A DNA stretch of 64,000 nucleotides from an uncultured Gemmatimonadales bacterium (lineage in GTDB: Bacteria > Gemmatimonadota > Gemmatimonadetes > Gemmatimonadales > Gemmatimonadaceae), in contig CAWKNZ010000009.1 of NCBI GenBank assembly GCA_963851265.1, forward strand, positions 96,001-160,000, read 5' to 3'. Shown piece after piece: positions 10,297-18,699 of this stretch (the first letter of the stretch is position 1; each line of letters begins with the position of its first letter). Below the pieces are notes generated by a model that searched no databases, was not told the DNA's origin, and saw nothing but the letters and a program-made list of their open reading frames with translations. Position numbers and translations under genes: made by a program.

Positions 10297-10705
10297 GCCC
10301 CCCGTCCTCGGTCACGGTCGTGTGCTCGACCCGGAATGTGGCACGGCGGTCACGGCTTCCATAGCCGGGGCGCGTGATCACCGGCGCCACGCGGGCCGAC
10401 ACCGCGCCGTTCCGGACGCCAGTCGGATCCGGTCGGCGCAGGCGCGAGTCGTTGGACGAGATCGGTTCGGAGCGCCGTGCGCGGCGTGTCGCATTGCCAC
10501 CCACGCCGCGGGGGCTTCGAGCGCCGAATCGACAGCAGACCGCAGTCGCTGGTTATCCGGCTTATCCGGCGCCGGCGGCGGCGTCCGTCGCGCGCCGCCT
10601 AACGTGGACGCCGAGCCGTACAGCAATCGCGGCGCACCGGACCTGCCACGGCGGGCCGGGCCGCTTTGGCAGCTTCCGCGCTGGGAGGGTGCGCGGGCGA
10701 GGGGC

Positions 10706-11002
10706 TCAGTGGGGCGTCAGCACGCGCGATTCGGCGGCGGGGATGTCGCTTCCGGTGACGACGCCCCGCCCGGTCAACGCGCGCGTCAGGAACCGTTGGC
10801 CCTCACCGACGCGCTCCACCTCGACCGCGATCGCCTCGACCGCCTGTTCGAGCCGGGTCAGGCGGGCGTCGTCCGCCGGCAGGCGCTTGCGCTCGGCGGC
10901 CAGTTCGGCCAGCCGCTCCCGGTGCTGGAACCAGCGCCAGAGGATCGCGACGGGGGTGGCCAGCGCGACGGCCAGCGGGACGGCGACTTCGGGGTTGATC
11001 AC
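10706..11002 (-). CDS. Small hypothetical membrane protein with coiled coil (98 aa)
   Basis: GTG start; one TM helix then RLTRLEQAVEAIAVEVERVGEGQRF; ends in TPH. Confidence 0.7.
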   Translation of the reverse strand: MINPEVAVPLAVALATPVAILWRWFQHRERLAELAAERKRLPADDARLTRLEQAVEAIAVEVERVGEGQRFLTRALTGRGVVTGSDIPAAESRVLTPH

Positions 11003-11088
11003 GGACCGTAGGGGCGGGGGGACCGGCGGCGACGCAAGCGCGTACGGGCGCGCCCGGTCGAGAGTTACAGCCCGGCGCCGCCAAGCGG

Positions 11089-11736
11089 TCACGGACGTCG
11101 GCGGATGACGACGTGGGTGGCGCGCTCGCCGGCGACGGTCTCCGCGCACTCGTAGCCGAGCGCGCGCAGGTCGATGTCCCGCATGAGGTGCTCCCCGGTT
11201 CCGAGCAACACCGGCCCGACGGCGAGGTGCATCTCGTCGACCAGTCCGGCCTGCAGGTACTGCCGGACGGTGGCCACCCCGCCGCCGAGCCGGACGTCGC
11301 GGCCGGCGGCCGCCGCGGTCGCCTGCTCCAGCGCGGCGTGGATGCCGCCGGTCACGAAGTGGAACACCGTGCCGCCGGCCATCGCGAGGGGCGGGCGGGG
11401 GTGGTGCGTCAGCACGAACGCCGGGACGTGGTACGGCGGATCGTCCCCCCACCAGCCCTTCCAACTCTCGTCGGGCCACGGCCCGCGCACGGGGCCGAAC
11501 ATGTTGCGGCCCAGGATCCAGGCGCCGACGTTTTCGAAGCCCCGCTGGGCCATCGTGTCGTCGACCCCGGTCTCGCCTCCGGGCTGGCCCTGCTTCGCGC
11601 GCCACGTGCGCGTGTGGACGAACCACGCCATCAGCTCCGGGCCGTTGACGCCGAGGGGGTGCTGGAGATCTTGGTCGGGGCCGGCGCCGAACCCGTCGAG
11701 CGACATCGCGAAGCCGTGGACGCGCAGTCTGGACAT
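11089..11736 (-). CDS. Dihydrofolate reductase / RibD C-terminal family protein
   Basis: SLDGF, GAWILGRNMF, FVLTH, GGGVAT and LVDEMHL..PVLLG.G motifs. Confidence 0.9.
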   Translation of the reverse strand: MSRLRVHGFAMSLDGFGAGPDQDLQHPLGVNGPELMAWFVHTRTWRAKQGQPGGETGVDDTMAQRGFENVGAWILGRNMFGPVRGPWPDESWKGWWGDDPPYHVPAFVLTHHPRPPLAMAGGTVFHFVTGGIHAALEQATAAAAGRDVRLGGGVATVRQYLQAGLVDEMHLAVGPVLLGTGEHLMRDIDLRALGYECAETVAGERATHVVIRRRP

Positions 11737-11907
11737 GCAGTGGGTGGGTGGGTGGGTGGAAGCGGGACCGATGGTGGCCCGCCTAACGCATCAGTGCGGC
11801 AGGAACGCGTCCGGCTCGACGCCGAGGTGCCGGCATCTCTGGCGCAGCCGCGGCGCCGCGAGGTCCCGACCCGCGTGGAGCTGCGAGTCGTCCGAGCGAG
11901 ACGGCGC

Positions 11908-12360
11908 TCAGGCCCCGAACTGCCGCAGGTGGTGATCGAGGTGCTTGTACATCAGCACCGCCCACTCGTCGGGCGTGAGGCGGCCGAAGAAGCTGTGCGG
12001 GTGCGTCGTGCAGGCGCCCCGGCCGGCGGCCACGAATCGCGAGATTAGGCCGTCCAGCCGCCGCCGCTCGACGTCCAGGTCGCGCTCGTTCGCGACCACG
12101 GCTCCCGGCACTGTGGGCGAGTTCCGGCGCATGGGGGCGTCGTCGCGCAGCGCGAGCCGCTTGATGGCGGGGCCGAGGAGCCGGCCGATGAGTACCCGAG
12201 GGGGACGCTGGTCGCCGGTGGCGAGCTCCATACCGTACGTGCAGTGCGCGACCGCTTGGGCGACGGTCATCGTGCCCCAGCGGCGGGCGTTGTCCTGCCG
12301 CAGTCGCGTGAGCCGCTCCCGCACCTCGGCGGCGGTGGCAGGCTCGAAGAGGTTCTTCAT
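11908..12360 (-). CDS. DUF1569 (DinB-like) protein
   Basis: MKNLF...WG.M...Q..AHC; HSFFG.L...EW...KHLDHHLRQFG. Confidence 0.85.
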   Translation of the reverse strand: MKNLFEPATAAEVRERLTRLRQDNARRWGTMTVAQAVAHCTYGMELATGDQRPPRVLIGRLLGPAIKRLALRDDAPMRRNSPTVPGAVVANERDLDVERRRLDGLISRFVAAGRGACTTHPHSFFGRLTPDEWAVLMYKHLDHHLRQFGA

Positions 12361-12476
12361 GGTACGCTTCGATACGAGGACGGTGTGGCCACGCGCGGCC
12401 CCACGTGCGACGGGGCGCGGACACGATGCGATCGCGGACGACCACGGTGCAGCACAATGATAAGCTCGTGTGCGCC

Positions 12477-12572
12477 GTCGAAGGCACCAGTTCAGCGGCG
12501 CGGCGGCCGCGAGGGGTCCCGCGCCGCCGAGGAGCACCGGGCCGCTGCGTCGGCTGATGCACAGCGTTAGGC
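12477..12572 (-). mobile_element. Degenerate integron attC-like site (96 bp)
   Basis: Minus strand reads R'' GCCTAAC, 5 nt, L'' GCATCAGC, CGAC ... L' GCTGAAC, 6 nt, R' CTTCGAC (GTT changed to CTT). This is canonical attC arm geometry, 4 nt after the stop of the upstream ORF. Confidence 0.6.
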
Positions 12573-12576
12573 TCTG

Positions 12577-12684
12577 CTACGCCAGCAGCAGCCGGCGCCC
12601 GTTCGGCCCGGGCACGGCGTCGCCGAACACGCGGTCCGCCGCGTCCCAGTCGACGATCAGCTCGTACTTGGACGGCTCGCTCAC
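12577..12684 (-). pseudogene. hicB: Truncated HicB-like antitoxin (copy 2)
   Basis: GTG overlaps the hicA2 stop; SKYELIVDWDAADRVF...VPG resembles the HicB N-terminus (KYEIIIYWS.ED..F.A.VP.LPG) and then breaks down after about 35 aa. Confidence 0.6.
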
Positions 12685-12930
12685 GGTGCATTCGCTTCGG
12701 GCGCTTCGGTGCTGGTCAGCCCGGCCACGATCAGGGCGGCGCGGACCTGTAGTACCTGGTACGCGTTCGCCTTGGCGCCATCGCGCTGCACGTGGAGCCG
12801 CGCCTCCACCCCCGAGCGCCGGCACCCGTGGTGGCTCCCGCGCGTGCGCTCCGCGAAGCCGCGGTCGCGCAGGAACGCCCGGAGCGCGTCGGAGCCGACG
12901 TTCCCGTCGGCGTGCCGGCGGGCGCGTCGG
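12681..12930 (-). pseudogene. hicA: HicA-like toxin remnant (copy 2), no start codon
   Basis: Manual translation: DGNVGSDALRAFLRDRGFAERTRGSHH...RLHVQRDGAKANAYQVLQVRAAL. No ATG/GTG/TTG between the upstream TAA (12968-12966) and the GSH motif; absent from the ORF track. Confidence 0.7.
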
Positions 12931-12965
12931 GGTGTCGCCGCAGACTCGACGGCAGCAGCGCTGCG

Positions 12966-13103
12966 TTAGGCGGCCACGACTTCGCGCATTTCGCGCTCGA
13001 CCTCCTCCCGGGTACCGCGCGCGGCGACACACCCGGGCAGGTCCGGCGACTAGGCGGAGAACCCGGTCGCGGTCGGCTCGACGACGATGAGATCCCGAGT
13101 CAT
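12966..13103 (-). pseudogene. hicB: HicB-like antitoxin (copy 1) with nonsense mutation and internal deletion
   Basis: MTRDLIVVEPTATGFSA*SPDLPGCVAARGTREEVEREMREVVAA*; TAG at 13052-13050 replaces the Tyr of the usual SAYSPDLPGC motif. Confidence 0.8.
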
Positions 13104-13309
13104 GGCGCCTCCCAGGGCCCCGGTCTCTTTAGCCCAGCTTGCTCGAGGATGCTGTTCAGCGTGCCGGGGGCGAGGTCGTCGCCGCCAGTTCCCGCGACCG
13201 TCACGAGCCCCGCCTTGCTCGGGTCCGAGCACTGCGCGTCGGTGTCCCGGGTCCGGGCGAGGTACCAGCCGTCGTCGGGCAAGACGCGGAGTACGTCGCG
13301 GACCCGCAC
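13100..13309 (-). pseudogene. hicA: HicA-like toxin (copy 1), catalytic GSH motif lost
   Basis: VRVRDVLRVLPDDGWYLARTRDTDAQ...LVTVAG..GDDLAPGTLNSILEQAGLK matches HicA except RGSH is RDTD; ATGA coupling to hicB1. Confidence 0.75.
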
Positions 13310-13625
13310 GGCGGATCGATACCGCCGTGCGGGGCCGCGCGCGACAGTTCCGCCCACAGGCTGTCCGCGTCGCCCCCGGGCGCGGCCACGCGGACCCGGA
13401 GCCACGACCACGCCTGAAAAGCCTAACGCCGACTCCACTGCGTGCTCACGCGCTCGGGACGCTGGCGCACACCGCACGTCGGTCCCGAAACGCCCGCCGC
13501 GGAGACGCCCTCGATGCGGCGGTGGCTGCGGCGTTGCGCGACGATCTCCGGCACACGGGATCACGAACAATCCCGCGCCGGAGTGTGGGCCCGTGACACG
13601 ACGGGCGGGTCCACCCTCACCCCCA

Positions 13626-13654
13626 TTGCATTTGGGTGTTACAACACGCATATT
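13626..13654 (+). promoter_or_regulatory. Sigma70-like promoter with internal inverted-repeat operator
   Basis: TTGCAT (13626-13631), 17 nt, CATATT (13649-13654); GTGTT-AC-AACAC inverted repeat (13636-13647) in the spacer; ATG 7 nt after the -10. Confidence 0.6.
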
Positions 13655-13661
13655 GACCTGC

Positions 13662-14129
13662 ATGGCGTCCGCTCTCCAACAGGAACTCCGACAACACAAG
13701 CCCTTCGCGAGCCTCGAACAGGAGGCCTCGCTCAGCGTGGAGCGCACGGCGGCGCTGCTGCGGCACGAGCTGGCCGAGGCGCTCCGGCCGTTCGACCTCA
13801 CGGGCACGCAGTACAACGTCTTGCGCATTCTGCGCGGCGCCGGCCCGGCGGGGCTGTGCCGCTACGAGGTCGGCGACCGCCTCGTCGCGCAGGTGCCGGA
13901 CGTGACGCGTCTCCTCGACCGCCTCGAAGACGCCGGCCTCGTCGCGCGCGGGCGTAGCGCGGAAGACCGGCGCGTCGTGTCGACGCGGATCACGGCCGAC
14001 GGCCTCGCGCTCCTCGACCAGATCGAGGCGCCGATCACGGCCCTGCACGCCCGGCAGCTCGCTCGCCTCACACGCGACCAGCTCGCGACACTCATCGACC
14101 TGCTCGCAATCGCGCGGCGGCGCGACTGA
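13662..14129 (+). CDS. MarR family transcriptional regulator
   Basis: LT..QYNVLRILRG; PDVTRLLDRLE..GLV.R.R...DRR.....IT..G. Confidence 0.93.
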   Translation: MASALQQELRQHKPFASLEQEASLSVERTAALLRHELAEALRPFDLTGTQYNVLRILRGAGPAGLCRYEVGDRLVAQVPDVTRLLDRLEDAGLVARGRSAEDRRVVSTRITADGLALLDQIEAPITALHARQLARLTRDQLATLIDLLAIARRRD

Positions 14130-14224
14130 CCCGCGCCCCCCGCGTACGATCGCGCCGGCACGCGCGCCTGCACGTCCTCCAACACGTGTCGTCACATCCT
14201 TCGTCACCTCAACCAACATCCGCC

Positions 14225-14695
14225 ATGCACACCCGCAACGATCCCACTCGCATCGACATCGCCCTCACCGTCCTCCGCGTCGTCGTCGGCGGCATCTTCC
14301 TCGCCCACGGCGCGCAGAAGCTCTTCGTCTTCGGCTTCGCCGGCGTGTCCGGCGCGTTCGGCGGTATGCACGTTCCCGCGGCCGGCCTCACGGGCCCGCT
14401 CACCGCACTCGTCGAGTTCTTCGGCGGGCTCGCACTCGTCGCGGGGCTGCTGACGCGCCTCGCCGGCGCCGGCCTCGCCGTCGTGATGCTCGGCGCGATC
14501 GTCTTCGTGCACCTCGCGGGCGGGTTCTTCGCGCCGCACGGATTCGAGTACCCGCTGGCGCTGTTCGGCGCGCTCGTCGCGCTGGCCATCGCCGGTGCCG
14601 GACGCTACTCGCTCGACCAGATGCTGGCGGACCGCCGCGCGGCCGGCGCCGCGCGCGGGAACGAGGCGCCGGGCGCGTTCGCCGCCGCGCGCTGA
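14225..14695 (+). CDS. DoxX family membrane protein (CatD-like)
   Basis: LRV..G..F..HG.QK, EF.GG....GL.TR and GFEY motifs. Confidence 0.9.
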   Translation: MHTRNDPTRIDIALTVLRVVVGGIFLAHGAQKLFVFGFAGVSGAFGGMHVPAAGLTGPLTALVEFFGGLALVAGLLTRLAGAGLAVVMLGAIVFVHLAGGFFAPHGFEYPLALFGALVALAIAGAGRYSLDQMLADRRAAGAARGNEAPGAFAAAR

Positions 14696-14733
14696 CCGCC
14701 CGTCCCACCGTACACCCCTCACCCCAGGCTGCC

Positions 14734-15750
14734 ATGAGTGCGACCACGCACGACCTCTTCGGCGGAGCACCGGCCACCGCGCCGGCCACCCCGGGCAGCT
14801 ACGGCGACCCGCCGCACGGCGCGCACCGCCTTCCCGACGCGACGCGCCTCGGCGCCGTGCGGCTGCAGGTCGCCGACCTGGCCCGCTCGCTCGCGTTCTA
14901 CGAGGGTGTGCTCGGCCTGCACGTGCGCGCGCGCAGCGCCGGCCGGATCTCGTTAGGCACGCCGGCCGCACCGCCGGGCGGTGCGGCCGGCGACGGCCGC
15001 GAGCTGGTCGAACTCCGCGAGCGCCCGGGCGCGCGTCCCGTTCCGCGGCGCGGCCGGCTCGGGCTCTATCACTCCGCCGTCCTCCTTCCCGACCGCCCGA
15101 CGTTGGGGCGCTTCGCACGCCACCTCGCGACACTCGGCGTCCGCGCCGGCGCGGGCGACCACCTCGTGAGCGAGGCGCTGTACCTCACGGACCCCGACGG
15201 GCTCGGCGTCGAGGTCTACGCCGACCGCCCGCGGGAAGGCTGGCGGCGCGAGGGGCGCGAGCTGATGATGGCCACCGACCCGGTCGACATGACCGACCTC
15301 GTCGCCGCGGGGGGGGACGCGCCCTGGACCGGCGTGCCCGCGGGCACGACGATCGGGCACGTCCACCTGCACGTCGGGAGCACCGAGCAGGCTGCGGCGT
15401 TCTTCTCCGACGCGCTCGGCTTCGACCGCACGGTGTGGCGCTACCCCGGCGCGCTCTTCCTCGGCGCCGGCGGATACCACCACCACCTCGGCGCCAACAC
15501 GTGGGCCGGACCGGGCGCACGACCGCCGGCCGCGGACGACGCGCAGCTCCTCGAGTGGACGATCGAACTCCCCACGCCGGCCGACGTGGCGAACGCGGCA
15601 CGCAGTCTCGTCGCCGCGGGGCACGCCGTCGAAGGCGGGCGCGGCGCAGAGCCCGGACACGAGATCCTGACGCGTGATCCGTGGGGCACGGCGGTTCGGC
15701 TCCGCATCGCGGCGTCGCCCGGCGCGGACCGCGTTCCCGACGGTCCGTAG
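14734..15750 (+). CDS. VOC family protein, CatE-like catechol 2,3-dioxygenase/glyoxalase
   Basis: GLYH.A.LLP, DHLVSEALYL.DPDG.G.EVY.DRP, IGHVHLHV and GGYHHH.G.N.W motifs. Confidence 0.9.
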   Translation: MSATTHDLFGGAPATAPATPGSYGDPPHGAHRLPDATRLGAVRLQVADLARSLAFYEGVLGLHVRARSAGRISLGTPAAPPGGAAGDGRELVELRERPGARPVPRRGRLGLYHSAVLLPDRPTLGRFARHLATLGVRAGAGDHLVSEALYLTDPDGLGVEVYADRPREGWRREGRELMMATDPVDMTDLVAAGGDAPWTGVPAGTTIGHVHLHVGSTEQAAAFFSDALGFDRTVWRYPGALFLGAGGYHHHLGANTWAGPGARPPAADDAQLLEWTIELPTPADVANAARSLVAAGHAVEGGRGAEPGHEILTRDPWGTAVRLRIAASPGADRVPDGP

Positions 15751-15799
15751 CGGGTCTCATTGAGCGCGACGACGCGCGGGCAGCGCGACCGCGCCCAGG

Positions 15800-17197
15800 T
15801 CACGCGCGCCCGCCGAGCGCCGCGGCGAGCAGCACGGTGAAGGCGAGGGCGGCGACCGAGATCAGCGTCTCGCACACCGTCCACGTGCGGAGCGTCTCGG
15901 AGACCGACAGCCCGAAGTACTCCTTCACGAGCCAGAAGCCCCCGTCGTTCACGTGCGAGAGGACGAGCGACCCGGCGCCGGTCGCGAGCACCATCAACTC
16001 GGGCGAGACGCCGGCCGCGCGCGCCGCGACCGGGGCCGCGATCCCGCAGGCCGTGGTCATGGCCACCGTGGCCGAGCCGGTCGCGACGCGGATGAGCGCG
16101 GCGACGAGCCAGCCGAAGAGCAGCGGTGGCACGCGGGCGCGCGTCGCGAGCGCGACCACCGCGCCCGACACGCCGCCCTCCGTCAACACCCGCCCGAACC
16201 CCGCGCCCGCACCGACCACGAGGATCACCGCGGCCACCGGGCCGAGGCACTCGTTGGTGTAGCGGAGAATCGTGTCGCGGTCGAACCGGCGCCCGAGGGT
16301 CGCGAAGCTGGCGAGCAGCGCGACGAGGAGCGCGACGACGGGCGTGCCGGCGAGGCGCAGCATGCCGTTAGGCACGCCCCCCGCCGGCGCGACCGCGTCG
16401 GCCGCGTTGCCCAGGAGCATGAGCGCGACCGGCAGGAGCACCGTCCCCACGGTCACGCCGAACCCCGGCCGGCCACCGCGCCGCGCCGCGGGCTCCTGCT
16501 CGGTCAACTCGGCGCCGAGCGCGGTCGCGCCGCGCGGGACTGCATCCCGCGGCGTCCTACCCACGGCGCGCCGCGCCGCGACGCGCGGCGCGACGACGCG
16601 CGCGAACACCGGACCGGCGAGCGCTGCGGTGGGCAGCCCGACGGCGAGCGCGTAGAGCATGGTGCGGCCGATGTCGGCGTGGTACGCGGTCACCGCGATC
16701 AGCGCGGCCGGGTGCGGCGGGACGAGGCCGTGCACCACGCTCAGCGCCGCCACCATCGGGATGCCGACGAGCACCAGCGACGCGCCGGTGCGCCGCGCGA
16801 GGTCGAACGCGATGGGCGCGAGCAGCACGAGCCCGACGTCGAAGAACACCGGGAGGCCGACGAGCAGCGCGATGCAGGCCATCGCCCAGTGGACGTTCCG
16901 CGCGCCGAAGGCGGCGATCACGCGGCCCGCGATCTGCTCCGCCCCGCCCGACTCCGCCAGCATCTTGCCCAACATCGTGCCGAGCGCGATCACCACGGCG
17001 ATGTGCCCGAGCGCGGACCCCGCCCCGGCCTCGAACGACGCGACGACCTTGCCGAGGGGCATTCCCGTCGCCACGCCGAGGGCGAGCGAGACGAGAACGA
17101 GCGCGACGAACGGGTGCAGCTTCAGCCGCGCGATGAGCAGCACGAGGCACACGACCGCGGCCGCCGCGGCGAGCAGCAGCTGATTACCCTGAAGCAC
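15800..17197 (-). CDS. GntP/GntT (gluconate:H+ symporter) family permease
   Basis: KLHPF, LGKML..SGGA..IA, HGLVPPHP, GSATVA and SHVND.GFWLVKEYFG; GTG start estimated. Confidence 0.92.
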   Translation of the reverse strand: MLQGNQLLLAAAAAVVCLVLLIARLKLHPFVALVLVSLALGVATGMPLGKVVASFEAGAGSALGHIAVVIALGTMLGKMLAESGGAEQIAGRVIAAFGARNVHWAMACIALLVGLPVFFDVGLVLLAPIAFDLARRTGASLVLVGIPMVAALSVVHGLVPPHPAALIAVTAYHADIGRTMLYALAVGLPTAALAGPVFARVVAPRVAARRAVGRTPRDAVPRGATALGAELTEQEPAARRGGRPGFGVTVGTVLLPVALMLLGNAADAVAPAGGVPNGMLRLAGTPVVALLVALLASFATLGRRFDRDTILRYTNECLGPVAAVILVVGAGAGFGRVLTEGGVSGAVVALATRARVPPLLFGWLVAALIRVATGSATVAMTTACGIAAPVAARAAGVSPELMVLATGAGSLVLSHVNDGGFWLVKEYFGLSVSETLRTWTVCETLISVAALAFTVLLAAALGGRA

Positions 17198-17230
17198 GCG
17201 CGGGATCCGATGTGTGAGGGGGAGGACGGC

Positions 17231-18691
17231 ATGCAACGCTGCGACACTCTCATCCGCAACGCCACGGTGGTCGACGGGACGGGCGCGCCCGCCGTGCGCG
17301 CCGACGTGGCGCTCGCGGCCGGGCGGGTCGCGGCCATCGGTGCACTCGACCCGCGGGCGTGGCGGGCCGACGACGAGCGAGATGCCGCGGGACTGGTGCT
17401 CTGCCCCGGGTTCGTCGACGTGCACACGCACGACGACACGAGCGTGGTCCGCGCGCCGGGCATGTGGCCCAAGCTGTCGCAGGGTGTGACGACGGTGGTG
17501 GTCGGCAACTGCGGCGTGAGCGCCGCGCCCGTGCGCCTGCGCGGCGAGCCGCCCGACCCGATGAACCTGCTCGGGCGGGCGGAGGACTTCCGCTACCCCA
17601 CATTCGCGTCGTACCGCGAGGCCGTCGAGCGCGCGCACCCCGCGGTCAACGTGGCCGCGCTCGTGGGCCACACGGCGCTGCGCGCCAACCACATGGACCG
17701 CCTCGACCGTCCTGCCGCGCCCCGCGAGGTCGCCGCCATGCGCGCCGAGCTGCGCGACGCGCTCGCCGGCGGCGCGTTAGGCCTCAGCACGGGGCTCGCC
17801 TACGCGAACGCGCGCCACGCCCCGGCGGCGGAGGTGCTCGCGCTGGCCGAGCCGCTCGCGGAGGCGGGCGCGCTGTACGCGACGCACGTCCGGAGCGAGT
17901 TCGCCGGGATCCTCGATGCGCTCGACGAGGCGGTGCGCGTCGGGCGGCACGCGCGCGTGCCGGTGGTGGTCTCCCACCTGAAGTGCGCAGGCCCCGAGAA
18001 CTGGGGGCGGAGCGACGAGGTGCTCGCCACGCTCGACGCCGCGCGACGCACGAGCCCATCAGGCGACGACGTGGTCGGGTGGGACTGCTACCCGTACGCC
18101 GCCGGCTCCTCGACGCTCGACCTCGATCAGGTCGACGACCGCGTCGAGATCACGATCACCTGGTCGGACCCGCACCCCGAGGCGGGCGGACGGTCGCTCG
18201 CAGAGGTCGCGGCCGCGTGGGGCATGCCGCCCATCGAGGCGGCTCGGCGGCTGCAGCCGGCGGGCGCGATTTATCACTCGATGTCGGAGGCCGATGTCCG
18301 GCGCATCCTGTCACACCCGGCCACCATCATCGGCTCGGACGGGCTGCCCAACGACCCCCGCCCGCACCCGCGCCTCTGGGGGGCGTTCCCGCGCGTGCTG
18401 GGCCACTACTGCCGCGACGTGGGCCTGTTCCCGCTCGCCGACGCCGTGCACAGGATGACCGGGCTCTCGGCCCGGCGCTTCGGGCTCGCCCGACGCGGCG
18501 AGGTGCGCGAGGGGCACTGGGCGGACCTCGTGCTGTTCGATCCCGCGACGGTGCGCGACGTGGCGACGTACGCGGACCCGCAGCGGCCGGCCGCGGGCAT
18601 CGCGGCCGTGTGGGTCAACGGCGTGCTGAGCAGCGAGGGGCAGGTCCCGACCGGCGCGCGCGGCGGGCGGTTCCTCCCCCGCGGCGCCTAA
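17231..18691 (+). CDS. N-acyl-D-amino-acid deacylase (D-aminoacylase)
   Basis: GGAGG RBS; PGFVDVHTHDD, QGVTTVVVGNCG, GSDG, HPR.WGAFPR and ADLVLFD motifs. Confidence 0.92.
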   Translation: MQRCDTLIRNATVVDGTGAPAVRADVALAAGRVAAIGALDPRAWRADDERDAAGLVLCPGFVDVHTHDDTSVVRAPGMWPKLSQGVTTVVVGNCGVSAAPVRLRGEPPDPMNLLGRAEDFRYPTFASYREAVERAHPAVNVAALVGHTALRANHMDRLDRPAAPREVAAMRAELRDALAGGALGLSTGLAYANARHAPAAEVLALAEPLAEAGALYATHVRSEFAGILDALDEAVRVGRHARVPVVVSHLKCAGPENWGRSDEVLATLDAARRTSPSGDDVVGWDCYPYAAGSSTLDLDQVDDRVEITITWSDPHPEAGGRSLAEVAAAWGMPPIEAARRLQPAGAIYHSMSEADVRRILSHPATIIGSDGLPNDPRPHPRLWGAFPRVLGHYCRDVGLFPLADAVHRMTGLSARRFGLARRGEVREGHWADLVLFDPATVRDVATYADPQRPAAGIAAVWVNGVLSSEGQVPTGARGGRFLPRGA

Positions 18692-18699
18692 CACCCCGG

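Noticed and set aside
10553..10570. Tandem TTATCCGGC x2 as DnaA boxes
   Set aside because: Only the first 6 of 9 bases match TTATCCACA and it is far from the putative origin; it could be a regulator site but is unsupported.
11089..11736. DHFR-like gene as a trimethoprim-resistance dfr cassette
   Set aside because: Length and motifs match the RibD C-terminal-like family, not DfrA/DfrB.
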